Source: an uncultured virus (IMG/VR IMGVR_UViG_3300008113_000126)
Taxonomy: Duplodnaviria; Heunggongvirae; Uroviricota; Caudoviricetes
Direction: 5' to 3' (one strand)
Virus record (IMG/VR): IMGVR_UViG_3300008113_000126
Length of the DNA: 64,000 nucleotides
Shown here: piece by piece, positions 1 through 9,169 of the stretch
Layout: each line of letters starts with the position of its first letter
How positions within the stretch are numbered: position 1 is the first letter of the stretch
Notes under the pieces: model-generated
The model's input: the letters and a program-made list of their open reading frames with translations, nothing else
Database searches by the model: none
Told to the model about the DNA's origin: nothing
Program-made: the position numbers and the translations under genes

Positions 1-612
1 ACCAGCTGCAATGGCGGCTACCTGTATTGCTTCTAAAAATCCAGAGACGCTTAAGGGCTCGTGAACTTCAAAACTAATTTTAGTAGCCATTGCAAGATTG
101 GTTGTTTTACTAAAGGCCATTAACGTTTCAATTTCAACATTGTTTAAGTACAGGTCAAATCTACCGGGACTTAATTTATTAAAATCTTTAACTAATTCAG
201 AAGCCTTTGTTAACTCCGTAGTTATAGCAAAGGGATTGGTGTCAGGTTTGTTTGAGCCTTTACCTGCAGATTTAGCAACAACAAACTTTTCAGTTGATTG
301 TCTTATAGATTTGGGATTTTTTAGTGCGCCTTCTTGTACTGCTGCCAAGGTAAACAAATAGTTAAAAGTCCTAAACTCGTGTAATGGATTTCTGTCTCCA
401 TTCCAGGCATACGGCGGAATTCCAACGTCAGTCTGTTTAACTGCAGAATTGTTTTGAGTTCCTATTCTTTCTGCGCTGTTTTCAGTTTTTCTATTAACAT
501 CGCCGCTTGTTGTTCCGTTATTTGAGCTAGAACTTTGAGTATTGGATTTTTGTCCGTCAGTATTACCTGTAGCTACGTCTACGGATGCAGTTTTTCGAGT
601 AACTGTGCCCAT
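1..612 (-). CDS. Partial CDS running off the left edge; probable baseplate/hub-region structural protein
   Basis: Hand-translated from ATG at 612: MGTVTRKTAS...NPLHEFRTFNYLFTL...FDLYLNNVEI...FEVHEPLSVSGFLEAIQVAA, open to position 1; follows the gp53-like gene. Function inferred from context only. Confidence 0.6.
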   Translation of the reverse strand, partial: MGTVTRKTASVDVATGNTDGQKSNTQSSSSNNGTTSGDVNRKTENSAERIGTQNNSAVKQTDVGIPPYAWNGDRNPLHEFRTFNYLFTLAAVQEGALKNPKSIRQSTEKFVVAKSAGKGSNKPDTNPFAITTELTKASELVKDFNKLSPGRFDLYLNNVEIETLMAFSKTTNLAMATKISFEVHEPLSVSGFLEAIQVAAIAAG

Positions 613-613
613 T

Positions 614-910
614 TTATAAACCTAACGAACGTTGAAGTGTTTCCATAAGAGGTATTCTTATTTTTTGACCTGCGAACATGTCAAATACTGGATCTTTAAT
701 AACATCTTTATTTCTTACAGCAAACACCCACCATAAATTAACATCGTCATATAAGTCAAATGCCAATAAATCAGGCCTATATTCATATTGAGGAAGAATT
801 TCATATTCAACATCTTCTGAAAGAGCAGGTATGTTTCTCATAGTCATAATATCAAGGTACGACCCGTTAAATGGAGTTTGATAGTAAGGGCTAGTATTTT
901 TAAAAGACAT
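614..910 (-). CDS. Baseplate wedge protein, T4 gp53-like
   Basis: 98 aa with YEYRPDLLAFDLY..LWWVFA.RN motif and G..I.IP ending, typical of gp53/LysM-like wedge proteins. Confidence 0.75.
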   Translation of the reverse strand: MSFKNTSPYYQTPFNGSYLDIMTMRNIPALSEDVEYEILPQYEYRPDLLAFDLYDDVNLWWVFAVRNKDVIKDPVFDMFAGQKIRIPLMETLQRSLGL

Positions 911-1758
911 TATAGGAATCCTTGAGTTTTACTTGACTTTGATTTAGTTGAATCTAATCCTGCCATATAATCATCAACGTGCGCTAGATTAAGCAATTCT
1001 GCTCTACTATACATAGGTAATAGATTAATAGTTATAGTAGACAACGTTGGCACCATTGTTCCGGAGACAGGTTTATCTTTATCTAATCTATCTTGATTTA
1101 TGTCTGCGGCATAATAATCTACGCCATCAGGTAGGTCAACTCTTACAGATTGGACTACAACTGGGACATTGTTATATTGCAGTTCTCCGTAAGCAAAAAA
1201 TCTACATACTGGCGGTGGAAGGCCTTTATTAGTATCTTTACCAAAATGCATTTTGGTAAGAGCACGGAGAGAGTGTACAGTTTGTAACCACGTAACTGCA
1301 TCCAGTTTATTTTGAACTGCAAATTTTCCACTCACACTTATTGGGCCTACAGAGCTGTGTTTATAAAAATGCAAAGAATAGTTAGAATGAGTAGGATTTA
1401 ATGTTGAGTAGTTTGCACTCCATTCCTGTGTAATTACTGGAGTAAAAGGAAAAGTAATACCTTTTTTAAACGGATAGGGCGAGCCTGCCGGCCATTGAAA
1501 ATCTTGACTGAACATATAGTTCACCGGAACTACTAATCGTGTCCTAAAATCTTTTTCTTCTTGATATAGCACATCAAAACTAGGTAGCGGTTGCTTTCCT
1601 CCCTTTTCAAGTTTTCCTAACCTTGTAAGGCCTATTTTGTCAGAAAGGGTGCCAACAGCCTTTGCTAATCTGCCTAGTTGGGTTTTTTGTAAAAGATCTT
1701 TACCTACTGCTTCGAGAAAGTTTTTTGGTTTTGTTTTGTCAAATTCGTCATTTAGCAT
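910..1758 (-). CDS. Putative baseplate/tail-tube junction protein
   Basis: 282 aa; FPFTP, PTHSNY, G.PPPVCRF, VPVVV..V.VDLPDGVDY motifs resemble tube-fold baseplate proteins; GGAG RBS and minus-strand TAAATA at 1780-1785. Confidence 0.5.
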   Translation of the reverse strand: MLNDEFDKTKPKNFLEAVGKDLLQKTQLGRLAKAVGTLSDKIGLTRLGKLEKGGKQPLPSFDVLYQEEKDFRTRLVVPVNYMFSQDFQWPAGSPYPFKKGITFPFTPVITQEWSANYSTLNPTHSNYSLHFYKHSSVGPISVSGKFAVQNKLDAVTWLQTVHSLRALTKMHFGKDTNKGLPPPVCRFFAYGELQYNNVPVVVQSVRVDLPDGVDYYAADINQDRLDKDKPVSGTMVPTLSTITINLLPMYSRAELLNLAHVDDYMAGLDSTKSKSSKTQGFL

Positions 1759-1819
1759 TCTTAAACGCTCCTAGTATTATATTTACCCAATAAATAATAG
1801 CTATAGTTAACTATTTCGG

Positions 1820-1848
1820 TTGACAAACTTTTTCCGTTCCACTACACT
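1820..1848 (+). promoter_or_regulatory. Sigma70-type promoter upstream of the late sigma factor
   Basis: TTGACA (1820-25), 17-nt spacer, TACACT (1843-48); AAGGAGG RBS follows. Confidence 0.7.
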
Positions 1849-1871
1849 AGCTAAAAGGAGGTCGCATCAAG

Positions 1872-2783
1872 ATGACCATAACAACATCCCTGACTACGGG
1901 GCGTAAAGTAAAATATCTCAATAACAGAGATTTATTAGCAGAAATACATAAAAGCAAATGTTCATTTAGTAGTTTTACCAAGCCAGAATATAGTCAACAT
2001 GATATTATTTTGCCAAGTATAGATAAAATTAATATAAGAACAATAGCAGAAGCAAAAAGAAACAAGGCAAAACGACTAGGATTAGAAGCATTTGTTGCAG
2101 CCAGATTATCGGGTGATAAAAAAATTAAATTACTCGAAGTGACTCCGGATTACAAAACTATAGCTAAAACAGATATTGTAATTCGAATAATGACATTTGA
2201 TCATATTCCGCTTGCTCCAGGACGAAAGAAAACTGTTAAAAGCACAGCCGACGGGCATGATAGAGTAAATTTTCCTCCTTTCCAACATTTTAAATTTGAC
2301 GAGACCGACAATTTAATATGTATAGGTAAAAGTCACTGGAAAGGAACTGTTGAAAAGGGACATTTTAGTAAGGATCATGGAAGAATTACTGAAAATTTAG
2401 GTAAAATGTATATTAAATTAAGTGAAAGATATGCACAACGTAGTAACTGGCGCGGCTATACCTATGTCGAAGAAATGCGGGGGCAGGCCGTATTACAGTT
2501 AAGTCAAATTGGGCTTCAATTTGACGAATCCAAGTCAGAAAATCCCTTTGCCTACTATACTGCGGCAGTCACAAATAGCTTCACTCGTGTGTTAAATTTG
2601 GAAAAAAAGAACCAAAATATTCGTGATGACTTATTAGAAATTGCTGGATTAACTCCTAGTTTGACTAGACAAACCCAAGCAGAATTTGCTGAAGAAACTG
2701 CAAGGCAGGCCGAGCTGTATAAGAACGTTCGATTACCTAAATCTGAAGAAACTAGTATAGAAGATGAAGAGGAAGAAGCTTGA
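1872..2783 (+). CDS. Late-transcription sigma factor, T4 gp55-like
   Basis: Y.NN.DLL.EI N-terminus; SNWRGYTYVEEM, FDESKSENPFAYYT motifs; acidic tail; directly upstream of gp47/gp46 as in T4-like phages. Confidence 0.85.
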   Translation: MTITTSLTTGRKVKYLNNRDLLAEIHKSKCSFSSFTKPEYSQHDIILPSIDKINIRTIAEAKRNKAKRLGLEAFVAARLSGDKKIKLLEVTPDYKTIAKTDIVIRIMTFDHIPLAPGRKKTVKSTADGHDRVNFPPFQHFKFDETDNLICIGKSHWKGTVEKGHFSKDHGRITENLGKMYIKLSERYAQRSNWRGYTYVEEMRGQAVLQLSQIGLQFDESKSENPFAYYTAAVTNSFTRVLNLEKKNQNIRDDLLEIAGLTPSLTRQTQAEFAEETARQAELYKNVRLPKSEETSIEDEEEEA

Positions 2784-2809
2784 CTTTTACTCCTACAGTT
2801 TGTTATATT
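2780..2809 (+). promoter_or_regulatory. Sigma70-type promoter (extended -10) for gp47/gp46
   Basis: TTGACT (2780-85), 18 nt, TGnTATATT; AGGAG RBS before ATG 2832. Confidence 0.5.
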
Positions 2810-2831
2810 ATACGTAGGAGAATAATAATCG

Positions 2832-3845
2832 ATGCCTTTGTTTAAAAAAGTTGCTTGTTTTACAGATATACATTTTGGATTAAAATCAAATAGCGTTACT
2901 CACAATCAAGATTGTGAAGAATTTGTTGACTGGTTTATTTTAGAAGCTAAAAAAGAAGGGTGTGATACCTGTATCTTTTTAGGAGATTGGCATCACAATC
3001 GTAATTCGATTAACCTAATTACGTTAGATACCAGTCTACGATGTTTAGAAAAACTAGGAGCGGCTTTTGAGCAGTTCTTTTGGTTTCCGGGCAATCACGA
3101 TCTATTTTATAAAGACAAGCGTGACATTCATTCTAGTGCCTTTGGTCGGCACATTCCAGGAGTTACCGTCGTAGACGGTATTACAACTCTTGATGGTGTC
3201 ACCCTAGTTCCGTGGTTAGTAGGTGATGAGTGGAAAACCATGAAAGAGATCCAAAGCAAATATGTGTTCGGTCACTTTGAACTTCCTAGTTTCTACATGA
3301 ACGCCATGGTACAAATGCCGGATCACGGCGAGCTACAACGAGCAGATCTTACAAAACCAGAGTATGTATTCAGCGGACATTTCCACAAGCGTCAACATAA
3401 TGGAAATATTGTATATATAGGAAATGCGTTTCCACACAACTATGCAGACACGTGGGATGACGATCGCGGCATGATGATATTAGAGTGGGGCGGCAAGCCT
3501 GAATACAAATCATGGCCGGACGCTCCAAAATATAGAACAATAACTTTAAGTAAATTGATTGACGGGAAAGATCAAATTATGAAAAGTAAGATGTATCTTA
3601 AAGTGCATCTTGATATTGACATTACCTACGAAGAAGCAAACTTTGTTAAAGAAACTTATATGCAGGAACATGATATTCGAGATATAAGTTTAATACAAGA
3701 AAAAAACAATATTGAATTGACTACAGACGACAATCCTGATAGTACTTTTGAAAGTGTTGATCAAATTGTTACAGAGCAAATACTTAATATCGAATCTGAT
3801 AGTATTAATGCAACCACCTTATTAGAAATTTATAACAATCTATAA
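2832..3845 (+). CDS. Recombination endonuclease subunit gp47 (Mre11/SbcD family)
   Basis: Metallophosphoesterase motifs DIHFG, GDWHH, GNHD, GHFE, SGHFH. Confidence 0.92.
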   Translation: MPLFKKVACFTDIHFGLKSNSVTHNQDCEEFVDWFILEAKKEGCDTCIFLGDWHHNRNSINLITLDTSLRCLEKLGAAFEQFFWFPGNHDLFYKDKRDIHSSAFGRHIPGVTVVDGITTLDGVTLVPWLVGDEWKTMKEIQSKYVFGHFELPSFYMNAMVQMPDHGELQRADLTKPEYVFSGHFHKRQHNGNIVYIGNAFPHNYADTWDDDRGMMILEWGGKPEYKSWPDAPKYRTITLSKLIDGKDQIMKSKMYLKVHLDIDITYEEANFVKETYMQEHDIRDISLIQEKNNIELTTDDNPDSTFESVDQIVTEQILNIESDSINATTLLEIYNNL

Positions 3846-5626
3846 TGTTTAAAGTAAAAAATATTACGGTAAAAAACTTTTTATCTGTCGGAAATCAAAC
3901 TCAAGCCGTAGACTTTGATAAAGAACAACTTACCCTTGTACTAGGTGAAAACCTAGATCTAGGCGGAGATGACAGCGGAAGTCGTAACGGTACTGGCAAA
4001 ACTACTATTGTAAATGCTCTGTCTTATGCACTATATGGACAGGCGTTAACTAACATTAAAAAAGAAAACTTAATTAATAAAACTAACGGGAAGCACATGT
4101 TAGTCACAGTTGAGTTTGAGAATAACGGAAGTCTTTATAGAATTGAGCGGGGACGAAAACCCAATGTAATGCGGCTATTTGTCAATGACACTGAACAAAA
4201 ATCTGCAAACGACGATGACGAGAGTCAAGGAGATAGTCGAGAAACGCAAAAGGTAATTGAAACAATGCTTGAGATGTCTCATACTATGTTCAAACATCTT
4301 GTTGCGTTGAATACTTATACTGAACCATTTTTAAGTATGCGAGCCGCTGATCAAAGAGAAGTAATCGAACAATTATTAGGCATTACTATCTTAAGTGAAA
4401 AAGCTGAAAAATTAAAAGTCGAAGTTAAAGAAACTAAAGATAACATACAAGTAGAAACATTTAAAATTGAAAGTATTAAAACAGCCAATGAAAATATTCA
4501 AAAGAGCATCAACAGTTTAGAAATTAAAAGTTCTGCATGGAATAATAAGAAAGAAGCAGATATTACTAAAATGCTTAATGCAATTTTAGCATTACAGAAT
4601 GTTGATATTGCAACTGAATTACAATTACATATTGATTTGAAAGCATGGTTAGAGCATTCTAATAAAGTTCGAGAACTTAATAAACAGAAATCAACTCTTG
4701 AAAGTGCATTAATACAGGCAGAAAAGTCTCTTAAAAAATACGAAAAAGAATTAGAAAGTCTTTCAGACAAAAAATGTCACGCTTGCGAGCAAGAATTGCA
4801 CGATCATAAACATGAAGAAATGACTGCTGTTGCAACTGCTAATCTAACAGATGCACAAAAATATTTTGACAAGGTTGCAGGAGACTGCAAAAAAATCATA
4901 GAAGAGATAGGAACCGGGGACTTGCCAACTAGACCGGAACCTTATTATGAAACAGAGGCAGAAGCATTAGGACATCAAAATAATCTTGCAAATTTAGAAA
5001 ATACGCTTGAAGAAAAGATTTCTGAAATTAATCCGTATGATGAACAAATTGAAGAATTAAGAAATAGTGCTATTCAAGCAATTGACTGGACTCAGGTTAA
5101 CACTCTTGTAAAACTTAAAGACCATCAAGAGTTTCTTCTTAAACTATTAACTAACAAAGATTCATTTGTTCGTAAAAAAATTATCGATCAAAATCTTTCA
5201 TATCTTAATAAACGATTAGGATATTATATTGATAAACTAGGATTACCACATCAGGTAAAATTCCTTAATGACCTTAACGTTGAAATTACCCAACTAGGAC
5301 AAGATTTAGATTTTGATAATTTGTCACGCGGTGAACGAAATAGACTTATTTTAAGTTTAAGTTTTGCGTTTAGAGATGTTTGGGAAAACTTATATCAACA
5401 TATTAATTTATTGTTCATAGACGAGCTTATCGATGCAGGTATGGATGCCGCAGGGGTAGAAGCTGGGTTAGCCGTATTGAAAAAAATGGGCAGAGAAAGA
5501 AATAAAAATATATATCTTATTTCTCACAAAGATGAATTAATTGGACGAGTTAATAATGTATTAAGGGTAACAAAAGAAAATGGGTTTACTAGTTACTCAA
5601 ATGATGTGGACTACATCGAGGCGTAA
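3845..5626 (+). CDS. Recombination ATPase gp46 (Rad50/SbcC family)
   Basis: Walker A NGTGKTT, coiled coil with CHAC zinc hook, LSRGE signature, LFIDE Walker B, ISH. Confidence 0.93.
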   Translation: MFKVKNITVKNFLSVGNQTQAVDFDKEQLTLVLGENLDLGGDDSGSRNGTGKTTIVNALSYALYGQALTNIKKENLINKTNGKHMLVTVEFENNGSLYRIERGRKPNVMRLFVNDTEQKSANDDDESQGDSRETQKVIETMLEMSHTMFKHLVALNTYTEPFLSMRAADQREVIEQLLGITILSEKAEKLKVEVKETKDNIQVETFKIESIKTANENIQKSINSLEIKSSAWNNKKEADITKMLNAILALQNVDIATELQLHIDLKAWLEHSNKVRELNKQKSTLESALIQAEKSLKKYEKELESLSDKKCHACEQELHDHKHEEMTAVATANLTDAQKYFDKVAGDCKKIIEEIGTGDLPTRPEPYYETEAEALGHQNNLANLENTLEEKISEINPYDEQIEELRNSAIQAIDWTQVNTLVKLKDHQEFLLKLLTNKDSFVRKKIIDQNLSYLNKRLGYYIDKLGLPHQVKFLNDLNVEITQLGQDLDFDNLSRGERNRLILSLSFAFRDVWENLYQHINLLFIDELIDAGMDAAGVEAGLAVLKKMGRERNKNIYLISHKDELIGRVNNVLRVTKENGFTSYSNDVDYIEA

Positions 5627-5632
5627 GGATAA

Positions 5633-5950
5633 ATGTCAGAGTTAGAGAAGTATAGAGAACTCTACAATCAATTTGTGAGCTTATTAGTTGAGTTACATAA
5701 TTTGAGTGTATCGTTTAATGTTGCACCGACTGAACGAGATGGATTTAAAGTTCGTAAAGTGTATCGTTCTATACGAGTAATAGAAAAAAAGTTATGGAGA
5801 TCCTCGAAGTTAGTTTCTAAAGAACATCGCGTGTTAACTAGACTTAAAACACAACAAGAAAAACAGCGTAAAGCTGAAGAAAGAAAATTAAACCCTAAAA
5901 AACCAGGGCCAAAACCAAAGAAGGAAAAACAAAATGACAACAACAGTTGA
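5633..5950 (+). CDS. Hypothetical basic helical protein
   Basis: 105 aa, Lys/Arg-rich C-terminus, AAGGA RBS. Confidence 0.6.
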   Translation: MSELEKYRELYNQFVSLLVELHNLSVSFNVAPTERDGFKVRKVYRSIRVIEKKLWRSSKLVSKEHRVLTRLKTQQEKQRKAEERKLNPKKPGPKPKKEKQNDNNS

Positions 5951-6131
5951 ACAGATTAAAGCAGAATTTGAAGCATTCCTAGCAGAAGATGCAAAGTTTT
6001 CAGCAGGTAACAGCGCCGCAGGAACTCGTGCTCGTAAGGCGTTAGGTGAAGTTGGCAAATTAGTTAAGGCACGCCGCAACGAAATTACTGCTGAGAAAAA
6101 TGCTCGCAAGGAAGCCAAGACGGCAAAGTAA
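5934..6131 (+). CDS. Small basic histone H1-like (Hc1 family) protein
   Basis: 65 aa; F..GNSAAGTRARKAL.E..K..K.RR.EI..EKN matches the recalled Hc1-family pattern; AAGGA RBS. Confidence 0.7.
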   Translation: MTTTVEQIKAEFEAFLAEDAKFSAGNSAAGTRARKALGEVGKLVKARRNEITAEKNARKEAKTAK

Positions 6132-6134
6132 CCA

Positions 6135-6563
6135 ATGACTTGGTACTATAAAGGTTCTATAGTTACAGAATTACCTGAAGATTGCGTGGGATTTGTATAT
6201 CTTATCTCATGTAATACTTCTGGCAGGCTTTATGTTGGCAAAAAATTAGCGAAGTTTAGTAAAACGACCTACAAGACTGTAAAGTTAAAGAACGGCGCCA
6301 AGAAGAAAAAGAAGATCAGAAGCAAAATAGAAAGCGACTGGCAAGATTATTATGGCTCAAATATAGAACTTAACAAAGACGTTGAGTTATACGGCAAAGA
6401 AAACTTCACAAGAGAAATATTACACTACTGTAAAAGTAAAGCAGAAACATCTTACATTGAGGCCCGTGAACAATTCGACCGCAAAGTATTAGAATCAAAT
6501 GAATATTATAACGGACAGATATCTGTTCGTGTACATGGCTCACATATAATTAAAAAATCTTAA
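6135..6563 (+). CDS. Stand-alone GIY-YIG-like (Seg-like) nuclease domain protein
   Basis: GFVYLI...LYVGKK, YYGS, F.REIL, YIE, YYN motifs; basic insertion KNGAKKKKKIRSK; no C-terminal DNA-binding extension. Confidence 0.75.
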   Translation: MTWYYKGSIVTELPEDCVGFVYLISCNTSGRLYVGKKLAKFSKTTYKTVKLKNGAKKKKKIRSKIESDWQDYYGSNIELNKDVELYGKENFTREILHYCKSKAETSYIEAREQFDRKVLESNEYYNGQISVRVHGSHIIKKS

Positions 6564-7012
6564 GGCTCATTATACGGTATTAAGCTCGCACCTGCTAATT
6601 TCTGGTGCCCTAAACCTGGATCTCGGATCACAGGGATGGAAATCTCTCGCCGTTAAGAGTACTCAACTACTACCCGAAAGGATGAAGATTGCTAATAAAA
6701 CCTGCGATTTAGTTGTTTGAAGATAGATGAATAGGTAAAATGAGGGGATAGAGACACCCCACGTAAGTAAGTATGTTAGCGTATATTTGCTTACCGCCGC
6801 TGGAATAAGACTGAGCTCGTGGTACCGGCCAACCGCCACTGTAATGCTCTAACGCTAGGTGACACATGTTCGACTCGGATAATGTTGTTTTACTTTGCCC
6901 TCTCTGGGCAAAGTGTGACTGAACGATCTGGATAATATTAAAATGCTTCGCATTAATCATAATAAAAAATTGCTTCGAGCGTAAGCGATGAAGCAAGTGA
7001 GCTACTGCTCAC
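6564..7012 (+). ncRNA. Candidate large structured non-coding RNA (family not recognised)
   Basis: ~450 nt without a credible ORF, more GC-rich than flanks, with many stems (GCACC/GGTGC 6588-6608, CCTG-GATC/GATC-CAGG 6615-6634, CAACTA/TAGTTG, long hairpin 6763-6794, ACTTTGCCC/GGGCAAAGT 6892-6914, AGTGAGC/GCTCACT 6996-7013); G-U pairs favour the + strand. Confidence 0.55.
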
Positions 7013-7020
7013 TATAAATA
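7013..7020 (+). promoter_or_regulatory. T4-type late promoter TATAAATA
   Basis: Exact T4 late consensus 22 nt before ATG 7043, with AGGA RBS. Confidence 0.75.
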
Positions 7021-7042
7021 CAACACAATTTTAGGAACTATC

Positions 7043-8017
7043 ATGAGATATAACGATGTTTTAAATGAAGAACAACTTGATGAGTTAGGTATCTTTAAAG
7101 ACATTAAGGCAGGCTTTAAAGGTGCTATGGACAACGGAGTTCGAGGTGCAGTAAGTGGGTTTAAAGCTAGTCAATCTAGTAGGCAAGGTGAAGAACATTC
7201 GTCTAAAATTGTTGCAAATCTCAAAGCTGAATACATGAAGACTGTAGGTGGCGGAAATAATGCAACATACTCTAGTCTCATAGATTTTCTTGGTAGTCAC
7301 GGATTACAAGATTTAGATAGTATTACTGATCCTACTACAGCACCTGCTCAATCAGCATCTCCTGCAACTACAGCAACCGCACCAAGTTCTACACCAACAG
7401 CTACTCCGGCAGCACCGACAAGTACTCCGACTACTCCAACTAAAATTGACCCAAAAAAAGCCGCTGAATTAAAGGGCAGATTAAAAGGTGGTGCAGGCAT
7501 AGCAGGTAAAACTGGAACAGGATTTAAAACTTCAAGAGTGGGTGTTCCAGTACAAAAACTAGTAGGAAAGAATCCAGACGGTTCTCCAAAATTTGCTACA
7601 GTTCGAGAAGATGTAGAAGGAGCCGCTACTCTTAATAACTCACAAATAGATACTATTATTAAAACAGCCGTAGAAAAGAATTATTCTGCTATTGTTGCGG
7701 CACAGAGAGGTCGTAGTCTCCCTTCTCGTGGAGGCAGTGGTGTTTCTTTAGGACGATCACAATCTACTGCGGCAGAACCTGCGTCACCAGTAGCTACAGA
7801 TAATCCATTTAACAATCCAGGTAAACTTTTAGCACAGTGGCAAGAATATTTAGATAACGGTGGCCAAGTTACTAGAAAACTACGTAAAGCAATAGAAACA
7901 TTAAATTCTGCACTGCCTCAAAAAGCAGTTGCACAACAGGCTGCTCCGGTAGCGCCTCCTCAACCGGGGGTTACTGAAAGTATAGAGTATAGTCGTTTTT
8001 TAAATATGAAACTTTAA
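7043..8017 (+). CDS. Hypothetical late protein, possibly a processed internal head protein
   Basis: 324 aa; late promoter; N-terminal LNEEQLDE; Pro/Thr/Ala linker. Confidence 0.6.
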   Translation: MRYNDVLNEEQLDELGIFKDIKAGFKGAMDNGVRGAVSGFKASQSSRQGEEHSSKIVANLKAEYMKTVGGGNNATYSSLIDFLGSHGLQDLDSITDPTTAPAQSASPATTATAPSSTPTATPAAPTSTPTTPTKIDPKKAAELKGRLKGGAGIAGKTGTGFKTSRVGVPVQKLVGKNPDGSPKFATVREDVEGAATLNNSQIDTIIKTAVEKNYSAIVAAQRGRSLPSRGGSGVSLGRSQSTAAEPASPVATDNPFNNPGKLLAQWQEYLDNGGQVTRKLRKAIETLNSALPQKAVAQQAAPVAPPQPGVTESIEYSRFLNMKL

Positions 8018-8226
8018 AAGAATGGCAGACCACTCTTTTTAGTAGTGTCTAAATTCTCTTTTATAAGTTCTACTATAGTTTCTCGATCTTGAAAATCAGT
8101 ATCATAGGCCTGCTCTATAGTCAGACCTCCCCTCATAAACCAACATAATTTAAACAATTCTGACTTAAAGGCTTTTATCTCTTTTTCCATTTTTTCCGCT
8201 AACTGGTCAATTTCAGCGAAAGTCAT
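8014..8226 (-). CDS. Baseplate hub assembly protein, gp51-like
   Basis: 70 aa, CWFMRGG...DRE motif, directly downstream of the gp26-like gene. Confidence 0.5.
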   Translation of the reverse strand: MTFAEIDQLAEKMEKEIKAFKSELFKLCWFMRGGLTIEQAYDTDFQDRETIVELIKENLDTTKKSGLPFF

Positions 8227-8237
8227 AGATAAAAGCC

Positions 8238-9095
8238 TCAGTCGAAAAAATTTGCGGCGTCAAATACCAAGGGAACTTCGATTTCATCTTCACTTCCATT
8301 TGCAATCATTTCAGGAGTTGCCCGTACCTTGATCGCTTTAAGAGTGTTATGTTGTCTTAAGGTATCTAGTCTGTTTTTAACTGCTTCAAAAATTTCTCTA
8401 TCACAGTTAGAAAGAAAATCTGCAATATGTACCGGATCATCAGTGGTGCCTGCTACACTTTCAATTTTGTAAACTGATTGAGAAATAATAGCTAGGGTAA
8501 TATTAGTAATAGCTTCAAAACTTTTCTTAAAGTGTGCTATTTTTTCTTCTTCAGTTAATTCACTATCATTAACAATGCCTAATAATTTTTGAGTTTCAAA
8601 ATTCTTTATGTTTGTTTGACTCATAGCGGCATAGTTAATAGGACGTACATACAATGCCATTTGATTACCTATTTCAATCTTTTCGTCCCAGGTAATTGTG
8701 TTCATAAGATTTTCTAATAGTTGTCGTAGGTCAACATTATAAGACATGTCTTCTTTACCTACAGTAAGAGTAGTCTCCATTTTTTGTCCGTAGGTAGCAA
8801 GACGAATAGCAATAAGGATAACATCTAAATCTATATTAGGAGTATGCCATGCATCAAGTATATTAGGAACACAGCTTTGGATAACATCAACAACTGCCTG
8901 TCCGTTCATCAGTGCATCAGGAGTTTTAAGTAATAATTCATCTCGAGCAGTCATAGAGAATACAGGATATTCATCGTTCATAGTGGGATTAATACTACCT
9001 TCAGGCCAGTATTTTCCACTACTGGGAAGTCTAATATAGATTTTTGGCTGTCTCATAAGACTTGCTAGTGGATTTGACTTGTGCTCTTGTTCCAT
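8238..9095 (-). CDS. Baseplate hub subunit, gp26-like
   Basis: NPL...RQPKIYIRLPS.G, MTARDE, D.D.ILIAIR.ATYG motifs; start moved to ATG 9095 (GGAG RBS). Confidence 0.75.
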   Translation of the reverse strand: MEQEHKSNPLASLMRQPKIYIRLPSSGKYWPEGSINPTMNDEYPVFSMTARDELLLKTPDALMNGQAVVDVIQSCVPNILDAWHTPNIDLDVILIAIRLATYGQKMETTLTVGKEDMSYNVDLRQLLENLMNTITWDEKIEIGNQMALYVRPINYAAMSQTNIKNFETQKLLGIVNDSELTEEEKIAHFKKSFEAITNITLAIISQSVYKIESVAGTTDDPVHIADFLSNCDREIFEAVKNRLDTLRQHNTLKAIKVRATPEMIANGSEDEIEVPLVFDAANFFD

Positions 9096-9169
9096 GGGTT
9101 TAACTCCGATAAATAAAATAAGGTACTTTGGTATCATATTTATGTACGCATTTAACTAGGGAAATAACA

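Noticed and set aside
6660..6730. Faint resemblance to group I intron core words (CTCAACTACTA...GAAGAT)
   Set aside because: No GACTA/TAGTC P7 pairing and no interrupted host gene on either side
6868..6876. GTTCGACTC T-loop-like motif suggesting tRNA or tmRNA
   Set aside because: No T-stem, acceptor stem, CCA end or tag reading frame could be built around it
6709..6996. 95-aa minus-strand ORF
   Set aside because: No RBS, atypical composition, and it lies over the base-paired element; probably spurious
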